Shown here: positions 14,701 through 28,060 of the stretch, in pieces
Layout of the letters: each line of letters opens with the position of its first letter
How positions within the stretch are numbered: the first letter of the stretch is position 1
Assembly (NCBI RefSeq): GCF_006345805.1
Contig: NC_043003.1
Location: 115,072,001-115,136,000, forward strand
Reading direction: 5' to 3'
Origin: Octopus sinensis
Lineage: Eukaryota
DNA length: 64,000 nucleotides
Position numbers and translations under genes: made by a program
Notes under the pieces: model-generated
Seen by the model: only the letters and a program-made list of their open reading frames with translations
What the model was told of the DNA's origin: nothing
Database searches by the model: none

Positions 14701-15039
14701 TTTTACAAAATACTATTTTTGTTCTGTTATCATTCTTTTTCTTTCTAATATAGGCGTAAGACTTTAAATTTGCTTTAAATAAACTCTAATATTTGATGGC
14801 AGTTTATACCTTCCGACAGGAAAATTTATCAGTATCTAAAAAAGAAGCAGAACGTAATGAGCGTGTAGAAATACTCATTATGGTTCTTTAGAAGCTTTGT
14901 AGAAAATCCCCTGCATTTTCAATAATTGACAAGTGTCGACAGAGAAGAATTATATCAGATTAAGAACTAACAGTGACTCATAACTCTTGTTTAAAGCAGA
15001 ACCAGATCTAAAACTAGCCACACATCATTAATACCCAGT

Positions 15040-15410
15040 TAAGCATAAATACAAAAAGAAGATATTGAAAGTATGCCAGCATCAAGTGCAGGTTATGCAA
15101 GCAAGTACAATGAGTCGACAACCCACATCATTTACAGATGCTCACATCCTACTGAATCCGATCCAAGCTTCCATAGCTTCCGTGCCACTTGGTGATATAC
15201 CGGCATTTTGATATGAAAACCAGCAATAACTGATTGAAGCTTATTCGAATTATGATATGCAACAATGCTTTGGCCACAATAGACTTGGGATATGATTCTT
15301 TACGCTGGCAATTGAGACAAAGCGAAATCTACAGATGACATTTTCTAGAATGTCAACGTAAATTCCTGTTTAGTCTTAGATATTTCAATCTCTACATCGC
15401 AAACTAGTAA
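15040..15410 (+). pseudogene. Degenerate zinc-knuckle/RLE fragment of an R4/Dong-like non-LTR retrotransposon
   Basis: KCRLCK..ESTTHIIYRCSH (CCHC knuckle) and a downstream SCLVLDISI (CxIIDIAVP-like), with frameshifts. Confidence 0.5.
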
Positions 15411-15746
15411 CTGAAATGAAGTTAGGAAATCTTCCATATATTAATGTCTGTAAATTGAAACAAGAAAATTATGAATATTGGAATCAAGATGTTTTATTCA
15501 TAAATATAAACTCAAGCATACAAAATATTTAACATTACACAATGTCCGCACAAAAGCAATGCTTAGCGCTGACCACATTCAACACAAACCTCTTGCAACG
15601 TATCTACAAGCACAACACAAATAAAACACTTTCTTCCTAAAACCGGTATCCGTTATAATAACCACCAAATAAATTACAAGATATATAGGAATCCCTCTAC
15701 AGAATCACGCCAAACTGATGCCAGTATGGTACAGATATATATTTAA

Positions 15747-16141
15747 CTAGCAGTATCGCCCGGCGTTGCTCGGGTTTGTAAGGGAAATAACTATATAAGC
15801 ATTTTTTGAGATGTAAAGTATAATAGCCATCTCGATATGGCTAACCACAAAGGGGGGGTGTTACTGTAGCTTTTTACGTTCTGAGATTTAATAATAAATT
15901 TTTAGAGAGTTACTTCCCTTATATATACCAAAAATGCATTAAAAATGGGGAAAATTGATGGTAATTTTTTTTTAAATCGTAGACTCATCGTAGACGCGCG
16001 CTAATACCCAGAAGGGCTCGATATGAATCACGACTATAAGGTACCCGGTTTTGGTTACACTGCACCGCAAAATGTGGGAGTAGTTAGGAATCTAAATCGT
16101 AGGAGACAGACAGCACACAACCTTACTTTTATATATAAAGA
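15747..16141 (-). mobile_element. Non-autonomous Helitron
   Basis: On the - strand: A|TCTTTATATATAAAAG ... cccgagcaacgccggg hairpin - cgatactg - CTAG|T. These are canonical Helitron termini and an AT target. Confidence 0.85.
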
Positions 16142-16515
16142 TATGCATTTACGTAACAAGAGAGAAAAACAGCACGTATATAGGCTGATTAAGTGCTTCT
16201 CAACAAAAAAACTCGGCTGAAATTCAGATGTTCCACTTCGTAAACTGAGTGAAACAGAAAAATATTAGACGTAAAGAAAGGTAGAAACCGAGACAAATTT
16301 CATATAATATAACCATGCTCCAATTTATATGACATGATACAACGATCTTCCAGGAATATAGAAATATAATCGGTGGGGCTGTAGATGCTGATGTAAAACT
16401 GATGTGGCGTAAGAGTCTTCATTCTATGTTGAGGGAGACGAAAACATTGTCTACAAATTTCATGAACGAAAATTAATAGCAAAGAAAAAATGGCATAAAT
16501 TATTGGCAGGTAGAT

Positions 16516-17177
16516 GTGAGTGAAAAACTTCTGCATGGTAAATATGTGACCCGTAGCAAGGAAGGTGATGTGAACAAGAAGCACACCCATCAATGGCTAC
16601 GAAGTTCACAGATAATGGCAGGGAGCGAAGGATTAATCGTAGCTGCTAAAATTCATGACTTATTAATTCAGAACAATAAAACAAATTTGATAAAAAATAA
16701 ATAGAGTAGACCCAACATGCCAATTGTGCAAGGTTAATATGAAATAACAGACCAGCCATTCTCTGGATGTAAAGTTTTAGCACCTATACAGTATAAATCA
16801 TGACCTGACAGGGTTGACCAATATCTAAACTGGTTACTATGTCGGCATTATAAAATAAAAAAATGTTAAGATGTTGTATAAGCATCATCCTGTAACTGAG
16901 AGAGAAAATATAAATTTCTTTATTGCCCACAAGGGGCTAAATATAGATGGGACAAACAAGGACAGACAGAGGCATTAAGTCGATTACATCGACCCAAGTG
17001 CGAAACTGGTACTTTATTTATCGACCCCGAAAGTCGAACTTGGAGGAATTTGAACTCAAAACGTAACGACAGACGAAATACCGCTAAGCATTTCGCCCGG
17101 CGCGCTAACGTGTCTGCCAGCTCGCGGAGAAAATATAGCAATACTTTGGGACTTTCCAGTTCTTACAGACCATATCA
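16516..17177 (+). pseudogene. R4/Dong-like LINE C-terminal fragment interrupted by a SINE
   Basis: KLLHGKYVTRSKEGDVNKKHTHQWLRSSQIMAGSEGLIVAA, then PTCQLC, then ILWDFPVLTDH after the SINE. These are typical pre-knuckle, knuckle and RLE motifs. Confidence 0.72.
16913..17126 (-). mobile_element. SINE family C with 11-bp TSD
   Basis: Flanked by gagaaaatata at 16902-16912 and 17127-17137. The body matches 19615, 26539, 27083 and 49356. Confidence 0.9.
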
Positions 17178-17945
17178 CTTCAGGTGAACCCACTTATGGC
17201 ATATACGAAAGTTGTAAAAAAAAGGGATGCTATTGAAATCAGATTCACTGGATGTATGTCTAAGGACTACAGCGTGGAGTGGTGTTGTTACACACCATTC
17301 CGTGGAAAACTTCATGTGTTCAAATCTCATTATGCAAGCTCCTATATTTAGATGCAATAATTAATGTCATTGAATAAAAATGAAAATTGAAGTATGATAG
17401 TCATTATACGAAGGCAAATATAAAATGTGTTCTGCTGCAAACAGACAGGTCTCCCAAGCGATAAGTCATGAGGCGAAGATAACGCGAGATTTTCCACTTA
17501 CTGGAAATAACACTAGATGGAGTAAAATGACAGTTGCAACATTTCTTGCAAGTGTATGGTGTAGACTGCATTACACATTTATCCATTTAGACCGAAACCG
17601 TTTGCACATCTGATTTCCCAATCACAAGTTGAGAAAAAGCCTTGTGTAGCAAACTAAATTTTCTCAAATAGATGACGACAACCAGAAACCATTAATAATC
17701 CAACGTTATTACAGAATCGTAAGTAAAATATAATAATGAGCTGTTTGATAACGGTCGCGTGGAACTCTGAATAACAGTTTGTGAAGATATTTTCATCAAT
17801 AGAAGTAGCATATATTCTAGGAAACAATCTCCTAAGCAGACTGAGTGTAAAGACGAATAACATATGGAACCGGTAATAAGGAAGGATAGGAAAATATTAG
17901 ATTTATAAGCCCTAAAATTCACTCCGTAATTGCACATGGTTATAT

Positions 17946-18163
17946 GGCGTAGTGGTTAAGAGCGCGGGCTACCAACCCCGAGAGTCTGAGTTCGATTATA
18001 GGCAGTGGCAACAACAACAACAACATGGAAAGATACATAGGAATGAGCACCTAGATACTAAATTTCCCTAAGGTACCTGATGAAGGCCTGAGGGTATATC
18101 GTCCCAAACTTTGAGTTAACAAGATGAAAAGCAATATCCGTCAAAATGTAAATAATGAATAGA
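17946..18163 (+). mobile_element. SINE-like family E (tRNA head + short microsatellite + degenerate hammerhead tail)
   Basis: ggcgtagtggttaagagcgcgggctaccaacccc...gagttcgatt, then (aac)n, then CTGATGA at 18077-18083 and aatatccgtcaaaatgtaaataat. Homologous to 44566-45031. Confidence 0.8.
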
Positions 18164-18229
18164 ATGGTATATTATTCTGAGTTTGATATTCAGGTACTCT
18201 TTTGCACCTATGTGATCCGTAGTGCATAT

Positions 18230-18282
<53 letters not shown>

Positions 18283-18321
18283 GCATCCATCTCTCTTCAT
18301 TTCTCTGTATATCTATCTAGC

Positions 18322-18356
<35 letters not shown>

Positions 18357-18709
18357 TATGTATCGTATAAAGTGACAGGGTAGGGGTAATTTAAATTCAA
18401 GCGGTATTGAAGGAATTCCCAAGAGTATTTGAGCACATAAAAGATGCGAAACAGGTTGCCAGTTAAGTACGCTGCTAGTAATTAAAACTGTTCCTTGAAC
18501 ATAACCTTTAAAATTTAGGTTATATGATAATTAACATAACTGAATCATTGGATGTTTTATTGCTGTTTGAAAACTTCACTGCTGCATGAGCTTTTCTAGT
18601 ATTTCTAATTAAACTTGCTAATTCTATCATGACAACTATGCATTAATTACATAGAAAAGTAATTTCAATGCTTACACACACGCACGCATCTTTCTGTACA
18701 TGCATAAAC

Positions 18710-18752
<43 letters not shown>

Positions 18753-18859
18753 ATATACACACACATACATATATATATGTATGGCGGTCTCATGGCGGCA
18801 GTTCCATCAGATGATGTCAGTTGGTCATCTTCGAACCGAAGGACGAACATTATTATTAT

Positions 18860-18937
<78 letters not shown>

Positions 18938-18964
18938 TATGTACGTATATATATATATATATAT

Positions 18965-19007
<43 letters not shown>

Positions 19008-19614
19008 TACATATATACAGACTCTCACAAATATATATATATACATACACAAGGAGGTATAATCCATTTTTCTATATATACATATGCATATACATATATG
19101 CATTTATACACACACATACACACATACACACACGTGTGTATGTGTGTGTGTACGTGTGTACGTGTGTGTGTCTATGAAGCTCAGGTTTGTGTGTGCCTGT
19201 AATTAAATATATCGATCTCCGTCGGCAACACAATGATATTCCATTAACCACAGTAATTAAACTCCGAATTACATTGTACATGACTAAGAAATCCACATCG
19301 GCAGGTATCTCTTGCGCAATTCTGTGACTGACTCAGCGGGACGCAGTAGCTGATGCGTGGACCAGGTAATTACAGGTAAATCCAGTCAGAATTTTCTCGA
19401 AACATTTTCTGTTTAAAACCATTTCATTCTGAATCATTAGACGACAAAGACAACATAAAATTTCAATGAAGATGCCGCTGTGATATATCCGACACCAGCA
19501 AAGACTTCAAAGAGCATTTCTCAAGGATTCATCGAAGCTACTTTCTGAACTATTTCTATATATATCGTCAGCAAAATGCATAAAATATGTATACTTAAAG
19601 AAATATAAATATAT

Positions 19615-19845
19615 ATTTCTTTACTACCCACAAGGGGCTAAACACAGAGGGGGACAAACAAGGACAAACAAAGGGATTAAGTCGATTACATCGACCCCAG
19701 TGCGTAACTGGTACTTAATTTATCGACCCCGAAAGGATGAAAGGCAAAGTCGACCTCGGCGGAACTTGAACTCGGAACGTAACGGCAGACGAAATACGGC
19801 TACGCATTTCGCCCGGCACGCTAACGTTTCTGCCAGCTCGCCGCC
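19615..19845 (-). mobile_element. SINE family C
   Basis: Full-length reverse-complement match: ggcggcgagctggcagaaacgttagc...gcctttcatcctttcggggtcgataaattaagtacc...ccccttgtgggtagtaaagaaat. Confidence 0.9.
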
Positions 19846-20321
19846 TTTGTGTGTATGTATGTATATATGCATGTGAATGAATAATCTCAATATAGAAACA
19901 AAAGGTGTAGAAGCATATGTCCAAAGTCATCTTCTTTCTCTTCAATTTTCAAAGAGACATTCACATCAGCAGGACAGTTGACCGCGATGACGGTACACAT
20001 TTTTTCGTGTCCGTCCCAAGACGCACAAGAGTAAAAATATGCAAGACTTTTCTCAAGTTTAAAATGTGACATTGTGTTCGTTGTCTGCATTCCAACGATG
20101 GAGCTTCGTATCTTTATCAGAAACCAGCTTCGTTTTAAATAATCAAAAACAGAAAAGAACATACTTACAATATAAATATATGCATATATACATACATACA
20201 CACATGCATGCATGCATGCATACACACACATATACATACATACATACATACATACATACATACATACATACATACATACATACATACATACACACCTCTG
20301 TGGTATATAACACACTACCTA

Positions 20322-20450
20322 AATACCAATCTTGAGAAATTAGGCTTCTCAAACCAGAAAGGAGAAAGCCAGTTCGAAGACTATAGATCCAACCCATCAC
20401 TTGGACTTTAAAAAATCTGAAAAGCTTGCCAGAAGTTTATCATTTAAATA
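20322..20450 (+). pseudogene. C-terminal end of an R4/Dong-like LINE ORF (displaced fragment)
   Basis: NLEKLGFS / KPERRKPVRRL*IQPITWTLK resembles the post-RLE terminus (NLxKLGF..LIRRLQIxSIxGTVK). Confidence 0.5.
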
Positions 20451-20700
20451 TATGTGAGAATGTCTAGATATGCAAGTATATACATGCGAATACATACACA
20501 AAACAAAACATACAAATCTGCACATACATACATACATACATACATACAACAAACAAAAGTGCCCTGTTGTTGATGTTGAAATTCCAAAGAAGAATACTTG
20601 GATTTCGTTTAGGGTTCAACTCTTTCTCTATTTGCCAGAAATCTTGAAATAAAACTGAACAACGACATCCATCCATCTATCCATACATACATGAAAAAAT

Positions 20701-20985
20701 TCTGATCTGGAATACATATAAAAAATCCTCCTGTTTTTGAATATGTTCCCAAATACCAGCACAATGAATGCAGGAGGTACATTCCCATTAAAACGTTTGT
20801 CAAGTGCAAGCAAAACAAGCCGGATATTGTTATTTGGGACGGACACGAAAAAATGTGTACCATCATTTTGGTCAACTGTCCTACTGATGTGAATGTCTCT
20901 TTAAAAATTAAAGAGAGAGAAGATGACCTTGGACAAATGCTTCTAAACCTTATGTTTCTATATTCAGATTATTCATTCACATTTA
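20701..20985 (+). pseudogene. Restriction-like endonuclease (RLE) domain fragment, R4/Dong-like LINE
   Basis: IPIKTFVKCKQNKPDIVIWDGHEKMCTIILVNCPTDVNVSLKIKEREDDLGQMLLNLMFLYSDYSFTF contains the PD-(D/E)xK-type RLE motif. Confidence 0.78.
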
Positions 20986-22010
20986 ATACCAAGAAGACCT
21001 GTAGCACTTGGTTTCGTGGGGAAATGTGTAAGTGACGTATCAAAATAAGTTATAGTTTCAGATAAAGAAAGCAGCCAACCAAAACGCACAACAGTAAAAA
21101 GATGCAAGACTTTTCTCAAGTTTAATATGTGACGTTGTGTTCGTTGTCTGCATTCCAACGATGGAGCTTTGTATCGTTATCAGAAACCAGCTCCGTTTTA
21201 AATAATCAAAAACAGAAAAGAACATACTTACATGGAAAACAATATAGAGATATTCGACTCTGAGCTTCACTAACAGATTCACTACACGTTGCCAAAGTAC
21301 CAGCTGCTATAGTGAATTCCACTGAAAGACTGACAACAACCTGTTCCGGAGTTATAACTGACAGCTTCTAAAACAAAAACTATTGTTACACAACAAAATG
21401 AAGCTATTAACAGTCGTATTAGTTAGCTGTAATGTTGTTTGTACTGGTAGTAGTCTCCTTGTTGGCCCCGTTAACAAAATGCCAAAACTACATGCTGGAA
21501 TATGAAGAAAAGAACGAAACTAATGTCAGCCATATATTTTTCTTCGTGGCTTAAAGTTATATTCTATGACCAATATCGAGAGAACTAATCCCAACATTCC
21601 CATGAGATATAAGAACAGAGATTTGGCAAGATAAATGCTCATACAAGCCAGTCAACGGAGGGAAGATTGCTGACTAGACAGAAAACATGTACGTCAACCG
21701 TTTTTCCAGCTCACTTAGCGCTAATGAATAAAACTATAATTATTTCAGGATCGATGCAGATGTTGCAACACTGGTGTTGTTACCAAAATCAGAAAAAAAG
21801 AGAAGAGCAAACAACTATTGTAGGCTCGGCAATGTGTGGAACTCACAACTGTTAGTAATTTACAAGATCACATCCCACAATGCCTTTGCAATATCAGTGC
21901 TAGTAACAACATTTGGGATATTGGACTGGTCACTCGACAAGACACGCGGCCTGGATATCAACACAAGAATGATACTGACAACACCTGGCAACATCCACAT
22001 TAATAGTAAC
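20986..22010 (+). pseudogene. Degenerate reverse-transcriptase region of an R4/Dong-like LINE (continues weakly at 22506-22690)
   Basis: IFDS..SLHVAKVPAAIV, LAVMLFVL, VSHIFFLRGLKLYS (decayed FVDDLKLY), RFGKDKC and HNAFAISVLVTTFGILDWSLDKTRGLDINTRMILT. Confidence 0.7.
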
Positions 22011-22505
22011 CCTGTCGATCCGGTGTGTCTCGAACCGTGCCTGTAGGGCTTATCCCGAACAGGTAATGCTTCTCGATAGCACTGCCAGGCCAAGGATCTT
22101 TGATGATTGTCCATAGGTCCCGGCTCGAAAGTTGTCCTGAACAGGCGGGTCAGGTGTTCCTCGTCGACGCCCAGTTTCTGCCCGAGAACTTCGTCGCACC
22201 TCCCCTCCACTAATCCTCTGTAGAACGCTTTTGTTGCAATGAAGTCGCACAAGTTTGGTCCCAGACGGGAGAGTTGCTTGAGAGCAACGCGACACTCGCG
22301 GTGCCATTCGCCTAGCCTCGGTCTCTATTTGATCCACGACTGCAGTTCGACCAAGGAGACGAGCTGCAGAGAAGCGCGCCGAATAAACGGCGACCACACC
22401 TGTTCACCGTTTTCTATGAAGCGCCGTAGATACTGCAGTCTCAGCGCATGTCTGTGCATCATCAACCATGGCATGCCTAGCCCTCCATTTAGCGAGTGTT
22501 GGGTT
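22011..22505 (-). pseudogene. Tx1/L1-clade LINE ORF2 3' fragment inserted in the R4-like RT
   Basis: GGLGMP..HALRLQYLRRF..WSPF...TTFEPGPMDNHQRSLAWQCYREALPVRDKPYRHGS. The segment is GC-rich relative to its flanks. Confidence 0.78.
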
Positions 22506-23375
22506 CATAGAATCATGTGAAATTTACAGCAAGGTTCTCTAGCAGATTCGGCTGCAAGACCACACAATAATCTAATACAAAGGAGTGTAATACAACGATA
22601 TAAGCAACTGAAATCCAGGGATTTAGTTCCATGAAATTACTACATGAGAAGTATATAACCCATAAAATGTCAGATGGTATGAGGTGGCAATGCATTTATC
22701 TAACCATTTGTAATATATTTATGTATTTTTCATGTATTTATGTATTTCTTTGCTACGGTCGTTTCACGGCCTTCGTCATGTAATAGTAATTTCAGTCTAT
22801 CATGAATCATGTTCACAATATGCGCACAAATATGCATCCTGCGCGCAATGCAATACAGCTGTATATTTACAAATCAGTGTAGATGAAGATTGCTACTTCA
22901 GAAGATCATCATAACATCATGGTTACACAAATGCTGAAAAACTACGAATATATGCATTAAAAAAAAATTATATATACAACGTATGAATGGCAGATACTTG
23001 ATAAAATTAGCTAGGTATATACCCATTAAAATTAAATATAAGTTATAAATAGATTTTGTTTCAGATCAATTAATGTGCTGTACCTAAATTCAAGAAGTTG
23101 GTCATTCCTATGGTATCAAAAGACAGAGAGGAGAAGGAAAGAAAGTAAAGTAGTTCATGTAAATAAAAAAGATTGAAGTATATAAGGGTACATATAAAAA
23201 AAATAATGAACTAAATGAGGGAAAACATCAGAAAAAAGAAAGAGTAATCCAAGTGGTAGTATTGATCAACAAGTATTTTCAAATAGGGATTAAAGATGAA
23301 AAGCACTCAGCATACTTTGTAACGCAAGAAACACTGTAGTAAACCAAAAATAATATTCACGCCTACATAGAAACT

Positions 23376-23671
23376 CCAGTGGTTAGGGCAGCGGACTCGC
23401 GGTCGTAGGATCGCAGTTTCGATTCCCAAACCGGGCGTTGTGAATGTTTATTGAGCGAAAACACCTAAAGCTCCACGAGGCTCCGGCAAGGGGTGTAGGC
23501 GATCCCTGCTGTACTCTTTCGCCACAACTTTCTCTCACTCTTTTCTCTGTTGGCCTGCTCGCTTAGCCAGCGGGGTGACGTCATTCGAAGGCTAAAACAA
23601 AGCGAAGCGCATTGTGACCAGCGATGTGTAGCAACATCTGATAGACTGATCGGGCACGGTGATCACGGTGA
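23376..23671 (+). mobile_element. SINE family B, tail type 1
   Basis: ccagtggttagggcagcggactcgcggtcgtaggatcgcagtttcgattccc ... cacggtgatcacggtga. Confidence 0.88.
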
Positions 23672-25208
23672 CATAGAAACTCATACACAAAAATATTATC
23701 GTCTTAAAAATTACACAACCACACTCACACAGCTGCACACCCTTACATATCCCATCTGAAGCAGAATATCAGTATGTTCTCGCTGTATCACAATAGTGAG
23801 CGTCTATAGTTTATAGATGATGCCTCGCCCCGGTGTAACAATGTCTGCTGTGATATTTTGCCGTGGACTCTCCCTCGTCAAAACCGCACACTATTCAAAC
23901 CGACTAAAATTATGAGGTTAGATGTTTTGGGGGGACGAAATCTCTGCAAGTTTCACTTTCATAAATTTGCACATTCTATGACCTCGTTGTTATTATAGAC
24001 GTATGTGTGGCTTTAATAAAACTTGGATAATAATACCTTGTAATTTATGACAGAAAATTATGAATATTGATAAAACGTACAATTGGCTTAATGCTAACAA
24101 CCTCTATGATGATATTAAATGATTCAATATGTCTAAACGTCTTTAATATAACTTGAATTCTGTTTTAAATGACTGCAGATAATTAGGAATATTTGAATGC
24201 TTGATAGCTTGTCTCTTGGACGTTTATCAAAAGATTGTTTCAATTTCATTTCCATATGTTTCTGGTAGATGAAGAACTTAGAAGAGTATTCAGCTCCAAC
24301 AAGCTTAAAAAGTGGCGTGGCAATGCATCGAAACATCTATTTATCTTACCCGTAAGCACACACATTTTCATGACGATTTATGGCATTTAAAATTCGACAT
24401 AAATTTCAAGGTATAATTACAGTCGATAAAGAAGGAATGATATCAAAATGTGGATATCTCCTAATTCTGGAATTTAGTTGGCGTATAGTAAACTGTTCAA
24501 GTTGTACTCATTTTATCATCAAACGAATATTACTCATTGGATTTTCGTGCAGTGCATCGATACATATATACTTCAATCTAACAACATCAGTAAAAAGAAA
24601 AGTAATTTAGGTTATATGACAGTATATTTATATCCAAAATATCTAAATTCATGGTACTTATTGTAATGCAAATGTATAATGCATACCATGTGACTATACT
24701 ATATATATATATATATATATATATAAGTTTGTGTCTGTGTGTAGCGTGAAGAAGTGTATTTCAGATTCATTACTTGAAATTAAATGGTATCTCACACCAA
24801 ATAATACATGGAGCCGTACATACACAGATTCCATCCAATTTAACGTTATTCGTTTTAATTAATTCCGTTCGTAAACAGGAATAAATATACTTTGATATTT
24901 ACAATATTTATTAATAAACATCATTAAATTCATTTTGTAAGATTTAATTGACAAATCTTCCACCATGTGAACACTACTTAATAACGTCAAATCATTAAAC
25001 ATACAAGGTGAATACACAGAAGGTATAGAGCCACAACAACTACAATAGAACAACAATACATAATCACATTCTTACTACAATATTAACTATAAATGCCATT
25101 GATACAATCGCTAACTCTGGAAAAACTATGAATGGAGAAAGGAAAAAGAATAGAGAACCAACAGTGATGCATATAGAGAAAAGGGAAAAAGTGAGATCTA
25201 CAGTTGTT

Positions 25209-25574
25209 GGAAGCACTCCGTCGGTTACGACGACGGAGAGGGTTCCGGTTGATCCGAATCAACGGAACAGCCTGCTCGTGAAATTAACGTGTAAGTGGCT
25301 GAGCACTCCACAGACACGTGTACCCTTAACGTAGTTCTCGGGGAAATTCAGCGTGACACAGAGAGTGACAAGGCCGGCCCTTTGAAGGAAGCAAGAGTGA
25401 GAAAGAGTTGTGGTGAAAGAGTACAGCAGGGATCGCCACCACACCCTGTCGGATGCTCGTGGAGCTTTAGGTGTTTTCGCTCAATAAACACTCACAACGC
25501 CCGGTCTGGGAATCAAAACCGCGATCCTATGACCGCGAGTCCGCTGCCCTAACCACTGGGCCATTGCGCCTCCA
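25209..25574 (-). mobile_element. SINE family B, tail type 2
   Basis: Same tRNA head and body as tail-1 copies, but the 3' module ends ...cgtaaccgacggagtgcttcc. Nearly identical to 28061-28443. Confidence 0.9.
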
Positions 25575-26375
25575 CGAGATCTACAGTAAGAATAGATATA
25601 TAACATTGGCAACTTCGCCTTATAGCAAAAATACCAAAGGAATATATCTCTAAAATATGGCCGGCATTATTCAGATCTCAACATACAAAAGGATAATAAC
25701 ATAAGACAAAAACATATGCCATTTGTGTGTGTGTGTGTGTCAGATGAATTGTTTTTACTATATTACAAACCAAGTCCTGAAGTCGCTAGGGTCGGCCGAA
25801 GTGATTGTCTGCTACTAATTAAAATCGAGCGCAATTCTTTCTTCAAATTTCGTCTTTTTACTGTTTCCGATTTTATTTCATTCTGTATTTGCCGTCATAT
25901 ATACATAGTAAATGGTTTGTTTCGTTATTTGAGGATAACTTCTGTAAGAGAACATTTAATGTTATCTTAACACATGGCTGGTGAAATTGTGGTTCGTAGA
26001 CACTTCGTCACATTCATCGTAATTTTGTTTATGTATTCTTTATTTAATGCAGTTGAAATATAATTCCTATTATTTAAAACGGTGAGCTGGCAGTATTATA
26101 GCCGCGCCCGGCAAAATGCTTAGCCGCGTTTTATCCCGCTTTATGTTCTGAATTTAAATTCGACCAACGTTTACTTTGCATTGCATCCTTTCCGGGAGAA
26201 TCAAATAAATTCCAGTTGAGCAATGGTGTCAGAATAATCGAATTACCCACTCCTTCGAAGTTACTGCACCTATGACAAAACATGAAACCAATTAAATTTT
26301 CTCTTATTTATCTCCGTTTCAGTTGTATTCTATACATAACAGTTAATTTCTGTTGTTAAACAATGTGGAAATATT

Positions 26376-26778
26376 CTTTTCTACTCTAGGCACAAGGGCC
26401 GAAATTTTGGGGGAGGGGCCCAGTCGAATAGATCGACCCCAGTACGCAACAAGTATTTATTTTATCGGCCCTGAAAGGATGAAAGGCCAAGCCGACCTCG
26501 GTAGAATTTGAACGCAGAAGTTAAAGACAGAGGAAATAACTATTTCTATTCCTTTATTACTCAGAAGGGGCTAAACATAGAGGGGACAAACAAGGACAGA
26601 CATAGGTATTAAGTCGATTACATCGACCCCAGTGCGTAACTGGTATTTAATTTATCGACCCCGAAAGGATGAAAAGTAAAGTCGACATCGGCGGAATTTG
26701 AACTCACAACGTAACGGCAGACGAAATACCGCAAACATTTTGCCCGGCACTCTAAACTTTCTGCCAGCTCGCCGCCTT
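26376..26778 (-). mobile_element. Tandem (dimeric) family-C SINE within one 16-bp TSD
   Basis: A full copy (26539-26776) plus a headless copy with a different tail (26376-26538). Flanked by acaatgtggaaatatt (26360-26375) and acaatgtagaaatatt (26779-26794). Confidence 0.8.
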
Positions 26779-27082
26779 ACAATGTAGAAATATTGATGGA
26801 GATTAAGACATTTGCATTTTAGTACAGTATTATGATGTTGATTTTAGTTTGCAAAAATAGAAAAAAGGTCGCACGTATAGGTTTCTGTTATATGTCATTT
26901 ACATTTTCGTTAGCAGTGATTCTTTCACGCTGTACCCACGGTTCGATAAAAAGAATCTGATTGGTGAAGAAGCGATGAATTTCAATGAAGATGATGACTT
27001 CGTAGCTTTATTCAAATTAACAGAAATTTTATTTTTATGTTGTCATGTAATTGGTGCTACATTGATGGTATTAATTCTATTT

Positions 27083-27311
27083 GGCGACAGGGAGAAACGT
27101 TGGCACGCCGGGCGAAATGCTTAGCGGTATTTCGTCAGCCGTTACGTTCTGAGTTCAGATTCCGCCGAGGTCGACTTTGCCTTTCATCCTTTCGGGGTCG
27201 ATAAATTAAGTACCAGTTACGCACTGGGGTCGATCTAATCGACTTAATCCCTTTGTCTGTCCTTGTTTGTCCACTCTATGTTTAGCCCCTTGTGGCTAGT
27301 AAAGAAATAGG
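27083..27311 (+). mobile_element. SINE family C
   Basis: gcacgccgggcgaaatgcttagcggtatttcgtc...ccccttgtggctagtaaagaaatagg. Confidence 0.9.
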
Positions 27312-28060
27312 TATGGATTCTATTTTTACTTAAGTGCTATGCTTTACACACATTGCTATTTCTCTAACATTGGTTGCAAATTTTCGCACAAAAGTCTGGA
27401 ATTTTAAGGGAGGAGGCAAGTTGATTATATCAACCCCAGGGCTCAACTGCAACTATTTGTCATCATCTGAAAAAAACAAAACAAAAGGAAACTGAGCCAA
27501 TAATTGAGTAAGAATGACTAGCACAATATAATCCATAGTTGTTGTAAATAAGAGCTATACGATCTTGCATTGACATTTTCTTCAAGAAAATCCATTCCAT
27601 TTGAGGATGTTTTGGGTAACTAATTTGTCAATATAGTAACTGCATGTAAAAAAAAACCCATTGTTTGTTCATTAGTTTCCCTTTACACTAATTGCAGCCA
27701 TCTTACTTTGCTGACAGTCACATAATTTAGCACATTTATGTGGAAATTAAATGTTTTCGCTTTTAATTGTGCGCATCGTATGACGTGATGTGTGGAAGAG
27801 TTGAGTATAAAACACTACTGAACAAGGAACAGACCTTAAAATCAAAGTCGACCTCAGTCGTACTTGAACTCAGAACGTTAAGATGGACGAAATGCCGCTC
27901 ATCATTTGTTAGCCCGACGAGCTAAGAATTCTGCCACCTGACCACCTTATATTTCACTAATACTAACCTTAGATATTTGGAGACCTTTCGATGACTTATA
28001 AAGGTCACCAACATGTAATGAGGTTGCTACATTCCGGCCTCTATCTGTTCTTCGATGGAT

